This document shows positions 35,314-44,893 of a stretch of DNA of 64,000 nucleotides, in pieces. How positions within the stretch are numbered: position 1 is the first letter of the stretch; every line of letters starts with the position of its first letter. The notes under the pieces were generated by a model. It was given only the letters and a program-made list of their open reading frames with translations, had not been told where the DNA came from and did no database searches. The stretch is taken from positions 10,119-74,118 of the forward strand of contig PPGI01000008.1 of NCBI GenBank assembly GCA_003173855.1, read 5' to 3'. A program made the translations under genes and the position numbers. This stretch comes from Candidatus Zambryskiibacteriota bacterium. Its GTDB lineage: Bacteria > Patescibacteriota > Minisyncoccia > Phycocordibacterales > DATDWN01.

Positions 35314-36306
35314 TTACTTTGTTGCGTGCACCTTCGGTCGGTTGGTGAAAGATGGATCGGCATCGATCGCGTTGCCCGACGGATTGTACACCGTTGGGCA
35401 ACTGTAGTTCGTGATTTTGTTCGTGATCATCTTGTCGTTGTTGCCTTGATCGGAGATTGCCGCAACATACGAGGTGTTGTAGCAATAGTCGTTTGTGATG
35501 GTGTTGTTCACGACTTTGTTGTTCGTCTGGTCGTCTGGAGCACTGATGCAGTCAGCAGCCACATTGGACAGATACGCTCCCACATCATTGTTTTTGAGCG
35601 TGTTCTGAACAATCTGAACCCCAGATACGAGAGCGCTTCCATAACAAGCTCCTCCAACTACCAGAATTCCGCCTGAAGCGGAACCATCACCGGGAAATCC
35701 GATGTAGGAATTTCCGCTTACAGTGTTTCTCATGACGGACGCTGATGCGGCGAAACCAACTTGGATGCCGTTCTGGGCAATGTAGTTTACATGCCCCTGA
35801 CCGATGACGTTGTTGTCGCTTACCGTTACCTGGGAAGCTGGACCGTTCACCACGACCCCGCCTTTTTGGTAATTGTAAATCGTGTTTCCGGAAACTTTTC
35901 CAGTCACGGCGCTCGTGTCCGAGAAACCACGGTAGTAGATGCCCACACCATGCTGGGTACCATTCAATGGCACTTCGCCGATGTCATGAATCGAGCTCGT
36001 CAAAACGTCAACCGAGACGATTCCAGCGTCGCCGTTCACTAGCACACCGAAATAGTTCGATCCGAAGATGTTTGCCGATTTCACCGTGCCGCCGACGCCT
36101 GCTGCGTCGTAGTAGATCGCCACGTTGCAGCCGGTCGAGTCGACATTTCCCGACACCGTGCCGACAGGATTGATAAGAGCCGCGGTCATGTTGATCGAGT
36201 CTCTGAAGAAACCAGTTGGCATGCAAGTTGCCGCCTTGATCGAAACCTCCTTGATGGAAGTTCCCATGAGAACAATTGCCAGTGCGAACACAAACCTTTT
36301 CATCAC
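35314..36306 (-). CDS. Secreted right-handed parallel beta-helix (pectate-lyase-fold) protein, GC-rich (~55%)
   Basis: Signal peptide; repetitive G/N/V/T-rich ~22-aa turns typical of beta-helix; GAGGAG SD; GC far above background. Confidence 0.55.
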   Translation of the reverse strand: MMKRFVFALAIVLMGTSIKEVSIKAATCMPTGFFRDSINMTAALINPVGTVSGNVDSTGCNVAIYYDAAGVGGTVKSANIFGSNYFGVLVNGDAGIVSVDVLTSSIHDIGEVPLNGTQHGVGIYYRGFSDTSAVTGKVSGNTIYNYQKGGVVVNGPASQVTVSDNNVIGQGHVNYIAQNGIQVGFAASASVMRNTVSGNSYIGFPGDGSASGGILVVGGACYGSALVSGVQIVQNTLKNNDVGAYLSNVAADCISAPDDQTNNKVVNNTITNDYCYNTSYVAAISDQGNNDKMITNKITNYSCPTVYNPSGNAIDADPSFTNRPKVHATK

Positions 36307-36377
36307 TCACTCCTCATTCAAATAGTACGGGTTTCCACCAGGAAACTCCGTAGCTAAATTTACATGTTATTTTACTC

Positions 36378-36707
36378 TTGTCAATGTGTAGAACTTGTGT
36401 TAAAAATATGATTATGAAATGGATAAAAAATAATTGGATCAAGCTCCTAGCAGTTCTAAGTTTGGCTGGAGCAATATGGGGCAATTTCCCATATGTTTAT
36501 TATCAACTAATGAATTGGATAGTTGTCGGTGCAGCAATTGTTACAGCAATGCAAGCATCACGCAAAAATAATATTGCAGTAATGTGGTTCTTTCTTTTTG
36601 TAGCAGTTATATTTAATCCTGTTGCTCCACTTTATTTAGATCAGAATGTTTGGAGAACAGTCGATATGGTTACAGGTTTAGTTTTTCTTCTCGCTTTGTT
36701 TGTCTAA
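36378..36707 (+). CDS. Small membrane protein (3 transmembrane segments), hypothetical
   Basis: Hydrophobic ORF followed by the bidirectional terminator at 36721..36746. Confidence 0.4.
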   Translation: MSMCRTCVKNMIMKWIKNNWIKLLAVLSLAGAIWGNFPYVYYQLMNWIVVGAAIVTAMQASRKNNIAVMWFFLFVAVIFNPVAPLYLDQNVWRTVDMVTGLVFLLALFV

Positions 36708-36756
36708 TTAAATGCAAAAAATCCCGGATCTCTCCGGGATTTTTTGTTTAACTTAA

Positions 36757-38143
36757 TTAATATTGAGAACTCCACTGTGCGGTTAGATTTCCAATACCAT
36801 TGTCGGCTACAACTTTAATTGAGATTATATCTCCTGCACTAAATGCAACATTGTGTGTTACATCTGAACAAGAACTTGCTCCGCTAGTGATTGTACACGT
36901 TACAGGCTGACTTACGCCATTTTTATCAACAGTGAACACGATATTTTTACCAGAGCCGCCGACATTAGAACTCAATCTCACAAAGAAGTTCTTTATTGTT
37001 CCTGCAACTGGCATTGCTACTTGCTCTGAGCTTTCAGTTGTTGAATTACTTCCAACAAATGTGCCCATGTATGTTGTAGCATTAGCTTGAACGCTTGCAC
37101 CACTGCCTCCACCTATAAATGAGATTCCGTTAGTTCCATTTATACCTGGGTTACCTTGTATTCCTTGGATACCCTGTATACCTTGAGAACCAGTGTCACC
37201 CTTATCTCCCTTTACACCCTGAATACCTTGGATGCCCTGTATTCCTTGATCTCCTTTATCACCCTTTGGACCAATAAGTGATGTTAACCATTGAGTTACA
37301 GTGCCACCAAAACTATTATCAACAGCAACTTGGTAAGCACTTTTTCCATCAACACCAGTGTCTCCTTTGTCTCCTTTATCACCCTTATCACCTTGAATTC
37401 CTTGTATTCCTTGATCTCCTTTGTCTCCTTTTAAGCCTTGTGGACCTTGAGAACCAGTATCACCTTTATCTCCCTTTGGACCTTGTGGACCAGTATCGCC
37501 GGTATCTCCCTTCAAACCTTGTGGGCCTGGTACACCTTGAATACCTTGTTCTCCTTTTTCACCTTGTTGACCAGTTTCTCCTTGGATTCCTTGCTCACCT
37601 TGAGCACCAGTCTCTCCTTTTTCACCCTGAACTCCTTGAATACCCTGATCTCCTTTGTCACCTTTATCTCCCTTTGGACCTTGGATTCCTTGTTGACCTT
37701 GTGGACCAGCAGGACCTATTGGACCTACATCACCTTGAGCACCTATAGGACCAGCAGCTCCCGTATCTCCTTTAGGACCTTGATCTCCGGTATCACCCTT
37801 GTCTCCTTTTTCTCCATTAGTTCCGTTTGTTCCAGGATCCCCCTTTGGACCTTGTGGACCAACTGAACCTTGTATACCTTGTGGACCTTGAGCACCAGTC
37901 TCTCCTTTAGGACCCGCAGGGCCTGTGTCACCAGTATCACCCTTTGGACCGGTTGCTCCATCAGCACCATTTTGACCAGCAGGACCGATTGGACCTTGGA
38001 TTCCTTGAATTCCTTGTGGGCCAGCAGGACCTTGAATATTTCCTACATCTTGGAAGTGAGTTAAATCAGTACATACATATAAATGTCCACCAATTAAATA
38101 TCCATCACCAATATTACATGATGAAGGTAGAAGGGAGTATCAT
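36757..38143 (-). pseudogene. Collagen-like (GxY)n protein, C-terminal segment: ~110 GxY triplets, a phage tail-fibre/BclA-like SAYQVAVDNSFGGTVTQWLTSL motif, and a C-terminal globular domain. The frame is open from 38143 with no ATG; it continues the 38094..38627 ORF after a frameshift
   Basis: In-frame GxY repeats traced by eye from 38041 to ~37100. The ORF-track entry 36757..37515 merely starts at an internal TTG. Confidence 0.6.
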
Positions 38144-38627
38144 CAAATGATCCGAGAATTTTTACACTTGTTCCAGCTTCTCCTTTTTCTCCTTGTGGAC
38201 CTTGTGGACCAGCAGGGCCTTGAGCACCTGTTGCACCAGGAGCACCATCAGCACCAGCCGGACCGGTTGAGCCTGTATCTCCTTTATCTCCTTTTGAACC
38301 TTGTATTCCTTGAGCACCTATTGAACCAGCAGGACCTGTGGCACCAGTATTACCAGTGTCACCCTTGTCTCCTTTTTCTCCTTGTGGACCGATAGGACCG
38401 ATTGGACCTTGTGGGCCGATAGGACCAGGAACTCCTTGAATTCCTTGTGGACCTTGTGGACCTGCAGGACCTTGTGGACCAACTGTTGAACCGACACTAA
38501 TAAAAGTATTTCCTGAACCAGTACACTGTGAGGCAGAACTTACAACCGTCACTTTTCCGTTCGGACTTGAAACACAAAGATTAATTGTTGTAGCAGATGC
38601 ATTTGCAAGTGGAATTAATGCAAACAA
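38094..38627 (-). CDS. Collagen-like protein, N-terminal segment (signal peptide + N-domain + ~40 GxY triplets), ending prematurely after a frame change
   Basis: [12 protein letters not shown] signal-like; [16 protein letters not shown]... repeats. The ORF ends in the non-collagen tail ...[24 protein letters not shown], while the GxY frame resumes downstream in another frame. Confidence 0.6.
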   Translation of the reverse strand: MFALIPLANASATTINLCVSSPNGKVTVVSSASQCTGSGNTFISVGSTVGPQGPAGPQGPQGIQGVPGPIGPQGPIGPIGPQGEKGDKGDTGNTGATGPAGSIGAQGIQGSKGDKGDTGSTGPAGADGAPGATGAQGPAGPQGPQGEKGEAGTSVKILGSFDDTPFYLHHVILVMDI

Positions 38628-38938
38628 ACTTATTCCAGCAATCGTTGTGACAACCCTATAAGAAATTTTTTCATTGAAAATCTGTTTATAAAATTAATAA
38701 GCTACTAATAAATGAAATGCATCTCAGTGCATACTACATTATAAGAGGGTAGTGTCAAACCTATCGGAAATTCAAAAAAAATTGTAGAAAATCTATTTTA
38801 TCCACACATAATCCCCAAAAAATCGAGAATTTTCGTCAAATTCAGAAAAAATTTGAAAATTTTGTGATTTGCAAAAAATTTTGGATGTTATACTGACAAA
38901 GATTATAAATTAAATAGTAAATTAAAAAATAATTTTTT

Positions 38939-41113
38939 ATGATAAAAAATTTTCTGAGAATAATGTTTTCAGTAGGATTGTTCGGATTTGCAACGGTCGC
39001 ATTTGCTGGAACTGGAATTGGAACAACAGTTACGCTTCCTTCGACAGTTACAGTAGGTGATACTGGAGTTGCAGCAAGTATTCAGTTTGTTAATACATCG
39101 ACAGCACCAGATAATGTAAATACAATTTCTATTTCAAATATTACGTTGTCTACAACAGCAGGTAACACGGGTGTTTTTTCAATCAGTGCATCAGGTAGTC
39201 AGCATGCAGGTACTTCTTGTGGAGCAGCAAGCTTTACAATTACACCAGGTGCTCCTGGAACATGGACAGTTACACCAAATACTACTCTTCAACCTGTCGG
39301 CATAACTGGAACATGTCAGATTGATTTTACAGTTAATATTCTTTCATACCCTTCTACTGACGATAACGGAGCATTTGCTGGAACACAAGCATTCCTTAAG
39401 GTAAATGGAGATGCAGTTAATACTTTTACTGGGACACCAGGAAATGCTGCAGGAACAGGACAAACAACAGTTAGCAAAGCCTCACCTTCAATTGCAACAG
39501 TTCCATCAGCTGGTGGACCGGTTGGAACAGTATTAAATGATACTGCTACACTTTCTGGAGGAGCATCTCCTACAGGAAATGTGACATTCAAACTTTTTGC
39601 TCCATCTGATGCAAGTTGCTCTGCTTCAGCACTTTACACTGACACTGATGGATCAGCACCTTATGGAACAAGTCCTGGATTTACAAGTCTTGTAGCAGGT
39701 ACATATCATTGGACAGCAGATTATGCTGGAGATGCAAACAATAATGCAACTTCAAGTCCATGTTCAGCAGAAACAGTTACAGTTACAAAACGTTCTTCCT
39801 CTGTTACAACTACAATTCACGATGTTGGACATAATGCAACAACATCTGTTGCAGTCGGAACAGGAGTTCACGATAACGCAGTTGTTTCTGGGTCTGGACC
39901 AACACCAACAGGGACAATCTCATTTAGCATTTACCCAAGCTCAAGTTGTGCAGTCGCTTCAACAAGTTCACAAACTGTTGTATTAGTAGGTGGAGTTGCA
40001 GAAACAGGAACAACAACAGTAACTTCAACAGGTCTAGCTTACAAAGCATTCTATGCGGGTGATTCAAATTACAGTTCTTCAGTAGGAGATTGCGAAACTT
40101 TGCAAGCTGTAAAATTAACTCCAAATGTTTCGACGGATGTTCATAACTCACTTCATCAAATCGTAACAACAGTTCCAGCAGGTTCAATAGTTCACGACAG
40201 TGCAACTGTAACAGGTTCTGGAGGAACTCCTACTGGAACAGTTAATTTTACAGTCTTTCCAAATGGAGTTTGTACAAATGACACAGGAAGTCCAGCAGGT
40301 AGTCACGCATTAAATGGAAGTGGTATTGCTGATGGATCAAATCCAGAAGGGCCATTATCACCTGGATCGTATTCATTCATGGCAAATTACCTTGGTGATG
40401 ATACTTATCTACCTAAAACAGGATCTTGCGAGCCTTTAACTGTTGGCAAACAAAGTCCATCAATTTCGACAACATTATCGACTACAACATCAGTAACTAC
40501 AGGAACAGCAGTTCACGATAGTGCAGCACTTTCTGGTGCAACATCTGATGCTGGTGGAACAGTAACTTATAATGTTTATTCTGGTTCAGTTTGTTCTGGC
40601 TCACCAGTATTTACGAGCGGACCTCATACAGTATCACTCGGAGTTGTTCCAAATTCTAATAATTTCACATCACTTTCTGCCGGAACATACAATTGGCAAG
40701 CTATTTATTCTGGCGACGCAAACAATAACGCTACATCAAGCCCATGTCAGACCGAAATACTAGTTGTTACAGCTCCACCAGCAGGTCAGTGGTGTTCACA
40801 CGGATATTGGAAGCAATCACAACACTTTGATAGCTGGGTAGGATACTTGCCATCACAGTTATTCTCATCAGTATTTGAAAATGCATTTCCAGGAAAAACT
40901 CTACTTCAAGTATTGCAACAAGGTGGCGGAGGATTGAACGCACTTGGTCGTGATACAGTTGGAGAGCTTCTAAACACTGCAGCAGGATTGAATACAGGAT
41001 TTACTACAAGTCAGATAATTGCAAACTTTAGTGCAGTATTCCCAGGCTCAAACAGCCAATACGATACATTGCATGCAACGTTTGTAGCTCCTGAAAACTG
41101 TCCTCTTAACTAA
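38939..41113 (+). CDS. Large secreted protein (724 aa) of ~7 tandem Ig-like/'big' domains, Thr/Ser/Gly-rich
   Basis: Signal peptide; each ~100-aa repeat ends Y-x-(A)-x-Y-x-GD-x-N-x(2-3)-S-x-C-x-(T/E)-x-(T/L)-V; unique C-terminal domain. Confidence 0.65.
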   Translation: MIKNFLRIMFSVGLFGFATVAFAGTGIGTTVTLPSTVTVGDTGVAASIQFVNTSTAPDNVNTISISNITLSTTAGNTGVFSISASGSQHAGTSCGAASFTITPGAPGTWTVTPNTTLQPVGITGTCQIDFTVNILSYPSTDDNGAFAGTQAFLKVNGDAVNTFTGTPGNAAGTGQTTVSKASPSIATVPSAGGPVGTVLNDTATLSGGASPTGNVTFKLFAPSDASCSASALYTDTDGSAPYGTSPGFTSLVAGTYHWTADYAGDANNNATSSPCSAETVTVTKRSSSVTTTIHDVGHNATTSVAVGTGVHDNAVVSGSGPTPTGTISFSIYPSSSCAVASTSSQTVVLVGGVAETGTTTVTSTGLAYKAFYAGDSNYSSSVGDCETLQAVKLTPNVSTDVHNSLHQIVTTVPAGSIVHDSATVTGSGGTPTGTVNFTVFPNGVCTNDTGSPAGSHALNGSGIADGSNPEGPLSPGSYSFMANYLGDDTYLPKTGSCEPLTVGKQSPSISTTLSTTTSVTTGTAVHDSAALSGATSDAGGTVTYNVYSGSVCSGSPVFTSGPHTVSLGVVPNSNNFTSLSAGTYNWQAIYSGDANNNATSSPCQTEILVVTAPPAGQWCSHGYWKQSQHFDSWVGYLPSQLFSSVFENAFPGKTLLQVLQQGGGGLNALGRDTVGELLNTAAGLNTGFTTSQIIANFSAVFPGSNSQYDTLHATFVAPENCPLN

Positions 41114-41264
41114 TATTTGGACCAAAAAACTTATCAGTATACCTGATAGGTTTTTTGTTTGAATAAAAAGGTCGAATTATTAATAAGTTTTCATTTTTCA
41201 CTTTGAGTTCATTGTTTTCTATTAGAATGGTCCTCGTTCGTGTTTATAAGTTAATTAAATATAA

Positions 41265-41972
41265 ATGCAAAAATTTTTATCAAAATTAGCAATAACAGGG
41301 TTAATATTGGGCTCGATGGTTGGAATTGCTCAAGCAGCAACAAGTCCGGCTACAGCAAATGAATGTAAAAACGGCGGATGGAAAACTTTCACTGCTCCTG
41401 CATTCAAAAATCAAGGACAATGTGTAAGTTATGTTGAACACTTAAAGAAAAATCCACCACAAACTAACAATCTAACATGTTTTTCAGGTCCAACAGATCT
41501 TTCAATTTACGGAGGAACATGTTCGATAACTAATGGTGTGGCAACATTAAACAATTCTGATAGCAATCCAAATGGCGATTATTCGGGAGTTTATTATCCA
41601 ACAAATGCGTCTTCTGGACAGTTATTGAGTAGTATTACATCACTTGGATACACCTATTCAGGAACAGTCTCCCCAACGCCAGGAGATTTAAGCCTCAACA
41701 TTCCAGTTGATACAGATATCAATGGAACAACAGACGCTTATGCCTTTGTCGATGCATTCTATTGTCCGGGAACAGCTGGAACAGTGGATGTAATCCACGA
41801 TCCTGTCTGTGGAATCTGGGTAAATAGCATTGAATATCCAAATTGGGCAGCACTAATTGCAGCTAATCCAACATGGAAGGTCTCATCTGACGTGCCATTT
41901 ATCGTTGCAGAGAGAACGCCAAGTGAACCATCTGCAGTTTGGACAGTATCAAACGTTCAATTAGGACAATAG
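41265..41972 (+). CDS. Secreted hypothetical protein (235 aa, Cys-containing)
   Basis: Signal peptide AQA|A; no known motif. Confidence 0.45.
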   Translation: MQKFLSKLAITGLILGSMVGIAQAATSPATANECKNGGWKTFTAPAFKNQGQCVSYVEHLKKNPPQTNNLTCFSGPTDLSIYGGTCSITNGVATLNNSDSNPNGDYSGVYYPTNASSGQLLSSITSLGYTYSGTVSPTPGDLSLNIPVDTDINGTTDAYAFVDAFYCPGTAGTVDVIHDPVCGIWVNSIEYPNWAALIAANPTWKVSSDVPFIVAERTPSEPSAVWTVSNVQLGQ

Positions 41973-41990
41973 TTTAAACTAACAAATAAA

Positions 41991-42020
41991 AATAAAAATC
42001 CGCTTCAGCGGATTTTTATT
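41991..42020. terminator. Bidirectional terminator (aaaatccgcttcagcggatttt)
   Basis: Perfect hairpin with flanking A and T runs. Confidence 0.65.
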
Positions 42021-43455
42021 TTTTCACAACATGAAATCCAGGAGAAGGCTTAAAAACAGCCATTAGAACTCCCACGCCTTCCATAAAACTAAAGGCCGGT
42101 AAGAAAATAATTTGTGCCAAGTACCATTTTATTCTAGTAAAAATATTTGTAACACCATATTCATCTAGATTTGCTTTAAGTCCAATCAGATAAAGTGTAC
42201 CAAATGTTGCAAATGAAAAATTAGCTAAAAATCTAATTACAGGATTAATTTCTACTCCATAAAATAGATGCACCACTGTATACATAATTGCAAATGGAGC
42301 AACTGTCCATAAAAGGGTATTAATTCCCAAAGAAATGCGCCACTTAATATCTACTGGAGCGTGAATAGCTACTTTGGCTAAACCTTGATACCATCGACGT
42401 CTTTGTTTAACGAAATCTTCAACAGATTGTGTTGATTGTTCTTCAAGATAACCTTCTACCCATCGACATCGATGACCTCTTTCCATCGCCATAAGCGCCC
42501 AAAAAGCATCTTCAGTAATAGAACCTTTTGGGCCAAGATCAAACCCGATAGCTTTTTCAATATCATTTCGTACGACAATATATGAACCATGTAACCCGAA
42601 AATTGTAATTCCAATTCTGTGTTGAAGATGAAAACGTGCGAAATCATCACCAGTTCGGACATTGTCAGCAAGAGTTAAAAATGGATGTTTTTGCCATTTT
42701 CTGTGATAAAGTATTGCTCCTTGACCAATTCTTAATTCACCGGATTTTTCTTCTTCTGAAATCATAGCTGCTATTCCTTTTATTCCGGATGGTGTTGGTT
42801 GAGTTTCTTCATCTAAGTGCACGATCCAAGCATCATCAGGTAGTGTTGAATTTAAAGTTGCATAGTGAAGAGCTCGAGCTTTGTACAATGTATTGTTTGA
42901 AGTTCTGTAATCAGATGGGACAGTAATGTATCGGATATCATAATTTGGTGGTAAAAATTTTATGTTTTTTGTATCAGTAACAACTTCGATTACATATTTA
43001 AAAAGAGGAAGTTTAGTCATTTCCTTTTGACAACGTCTAACTGTTTCTTCTAGAGCTTCTATATTAGTACCTCTAGATACTATTCAAAAGGAAACCAGAT
43101 TATTAATTGGTTTAACACTATCTAGTTTTTCTGGATGGCGATACCGAAGCATTCCCATTAATCCAAAAGTTCCTGGAATGACTGCAGTAATCCAAACTAT
43201 GCTTAACCAGGCCCAAATTTTTTCGAAAATTGTTATAGCTTCTCGACTATTTGGCCAAATCCACATTTGAAGAAGATATAGGGCAATTGTTATTGAAATC
43301 ATCCAAAAAACCACTAATACCCGGTGTCCTGTAAGTAGACTAAAAGCCCAGTCTCTAACCGGTTCCTTTTTATGAACAGTTTTTGGTTTAACTCTAGGAT
43401 TTATAATCTCAGCCATTTTCCTAGGCGAGACAATTCGTATTGCTATTTCTGCCAT
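42016..43455 (-). pseudogene. Family-2 glycosyltransferase (processive type, QxxRW motif) interrupted by a single in-frame TGA at 43084..43086
   Basis: ORF 43084..43455 encodes 2 transmembrane helices. The 63 nt after its TGA are in frame and read IVSRGTNIEALEETV (start of the GT-A domain), continuing into ORF 42016..43020 (HLDEET, EDAFW, QRRRW, C-terminal transmembrane segments). Confidence 0.6.
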
Positions 43456-43585
43456 ATAAAAAACTCCCTATAGGAGCTCGATTCACACTAGCACATAATT
43501 ATTATTTGTCAATAGATAAATATGCTTAATTGATTTTTCAGAGGTTTAGATGTATATATAGGTAAATAATTTAAAAAATAAAAAA

Positions 43586-44851
43586 ATGATAAATAAAAAG
43601 ATCGGAATAGCAGTTGTTTTAGGGATTTTATTATTAGTTGGTGCAGGTCAAGTCTTAGCAAAACAAAAGGATGACACGATTCCCGGACAATATATTGTTG
43701 TTCTGAAGGATTCAGTAGCCGATTCAGATGTTGACTCTGTTGTTTCTGATTTGGTCTCAAAACACAATGCAGGGGAGTTATATTCATATCATAAAGCTGT
43801 TAAAGGATTTACGGCAACAATTTCTGATTCTGAAGTAGACAAAATTAAAAAAGATCCGCGAGTGGATTTCGTTAGCGAAGACAGAGTTGTTTCAATTGAT
43901 AAAGTTAATGTCGAAAAAATTGGACAAGTAACTGCCCAATCGGAAACTATTCCAACAGGAGTTTCTCGAGTGGCAGCAACAAATACAGTTAACAAAGGAC
44001 AAGGAGTAAATATTGCTGTAATCGATACCGGAATTTATTCAGCACACCCAGATCTTCAAGGTGCAATTCTAAATAGTGGAACAAGCTGTATTAGAAGAAC
44101 TTCATCTCAAGATGATAATGGTCATGGAACACACGTTTCTGGAACAATAGCAGCACGAAATAACGGCATTGGTGTTGTTGGAGTCGCTCCAAGTGCAAAA
44201 CTTGTGCCTGTAAAAGTTCTTGATCGAAATGGGTCTGGAACATGGTCATCAGTTATTTGCGGAATTGATTGGGTAACAAATCACGCAGCTCAATACAATA
44301 TTAAAGTTGCAAACATGAGTTTGGGTGGAGGTGGTACATCGGATAACAATTGTGGAAATACAAACAACGATGCTCTTCACAAAGCAATCTGCCGTTCACG
44401 AGATGCAGGTGTGACATACGTTGTAGCTGCAGGAAATTCGGCAGCTGATGCTGCAAATTCCGTACCTAGCGCTTATGATGATGCGGTGATTACAGTTTCG
44501 GCACTAGCTGATTCTGATGGTAATGCGGGAGGAGTAGGAGCAGCAACTTCATACGGAAATGATGATACATTTGCTTCGTTTTCTAACTTTGGATCAGTTG
44601 TTGATCTTGGTGCGCCAGGAGTTGATATTCTTTCAACCTGGAAAGGTGGTGGATACGCAATTCTTTCTGGAACTTCAATGGCTACGCCACATGTTACTGG
44701 AGCAGCAGCACTTTATCTTGATGCTCACCCAGGATCTACTTGGACACAAGTTCGAGATGGTTTAATGACTATTGGTGAGGAGAAAGGTTTTGGGCACACA
44801 GATCCTTCAGGTTTGCATCCAGAGATAGTTCTAAATGTAAATAGTTTGTAA
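43586..44851 (+). CDS. Secreted subtilisin-like serine protease (S8) with an I9-like propeptide
   Basis: Catalytic triad motifs AVIDTG, HGTHVSG, GTSMATPHV; signal peptide. Confidence 0.9.
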   Translation: MINKKIGIAVVLGILLLVGAGQVLAKQKDDTIPGQYIVVLKDSVADSDVDSVVSDLVSKHNAGELYSYHKAVKGFTATISDSEVDKIKKDPRVDFVSEDRVVSIDKVNVEKIGQVTAQSETIPTGVSRVAATNTVNKGQGVNIAVIDTGIYSAHPDLQGAILNSGTSCIRRTSSQDDNGHGTHVSGTIAARNNGIGVVGVAPSAKLVPVKVLDRNGSGTWSSVICGIDWVTNHAAQYNIKVANMSLGGGGTSDNNCGNTNNDALHKAICRSRDAGVTYVVAAGNSAADAANSVPSAYDDAVITVSALADSDGNAGGVGAATSYGNDDTFASFSNFGSVVDLGAPGVDILSTWKGGGYAILSGTSMATPHVTGAAALYLDAHPGSTWTQVRDGLMTIGEEKGFGHTDPSGLHPEIVLNVNSL

Positions 44852-44858
44852 AATAAAA

Positions 44859-44885
44859 ACTCCCGCTTTGGCGGGAGTTTTTATT
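44859..44885. terminator. Bidirectional terminator (aaactcccgctttggcgggagttt)
   Basis: Perfect hairpin. Confidence 0.65.
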
Positions 44886-44893
44886 TAGGAAAT

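Noticed and set aside
35240-36325. ORFs overlapping the beta-helix gene (35240-35485, 35326-35676, 35761-36042, 35967-36173, 36008-36310, 36125-36325)
   Set aside because: These are GC-rich frame artefacts antisense to or overlapping the signal-peptide-bearing 35314-36306 gene.
37278-38395. ORFs 37278-37748, 37438-37866, 37743-37970, 37870-38064, 37944-38150, 38147-38395 within the collagen-repeat DNA
   Set aside because: These are out-of-frame or antisense readings of the (GxY)n repeat (Leu/His/Gln-rich junk). Only the GxY frame on the minus strand is meaningful.
39316-40763. Antisense or alternate ORFs inside the Ig-repeat gene (39316-39591, 39723-39986, 39924-40205, 40572-40763)
   Set aside because: They lie within the long repeat protein gene and have no independent support.
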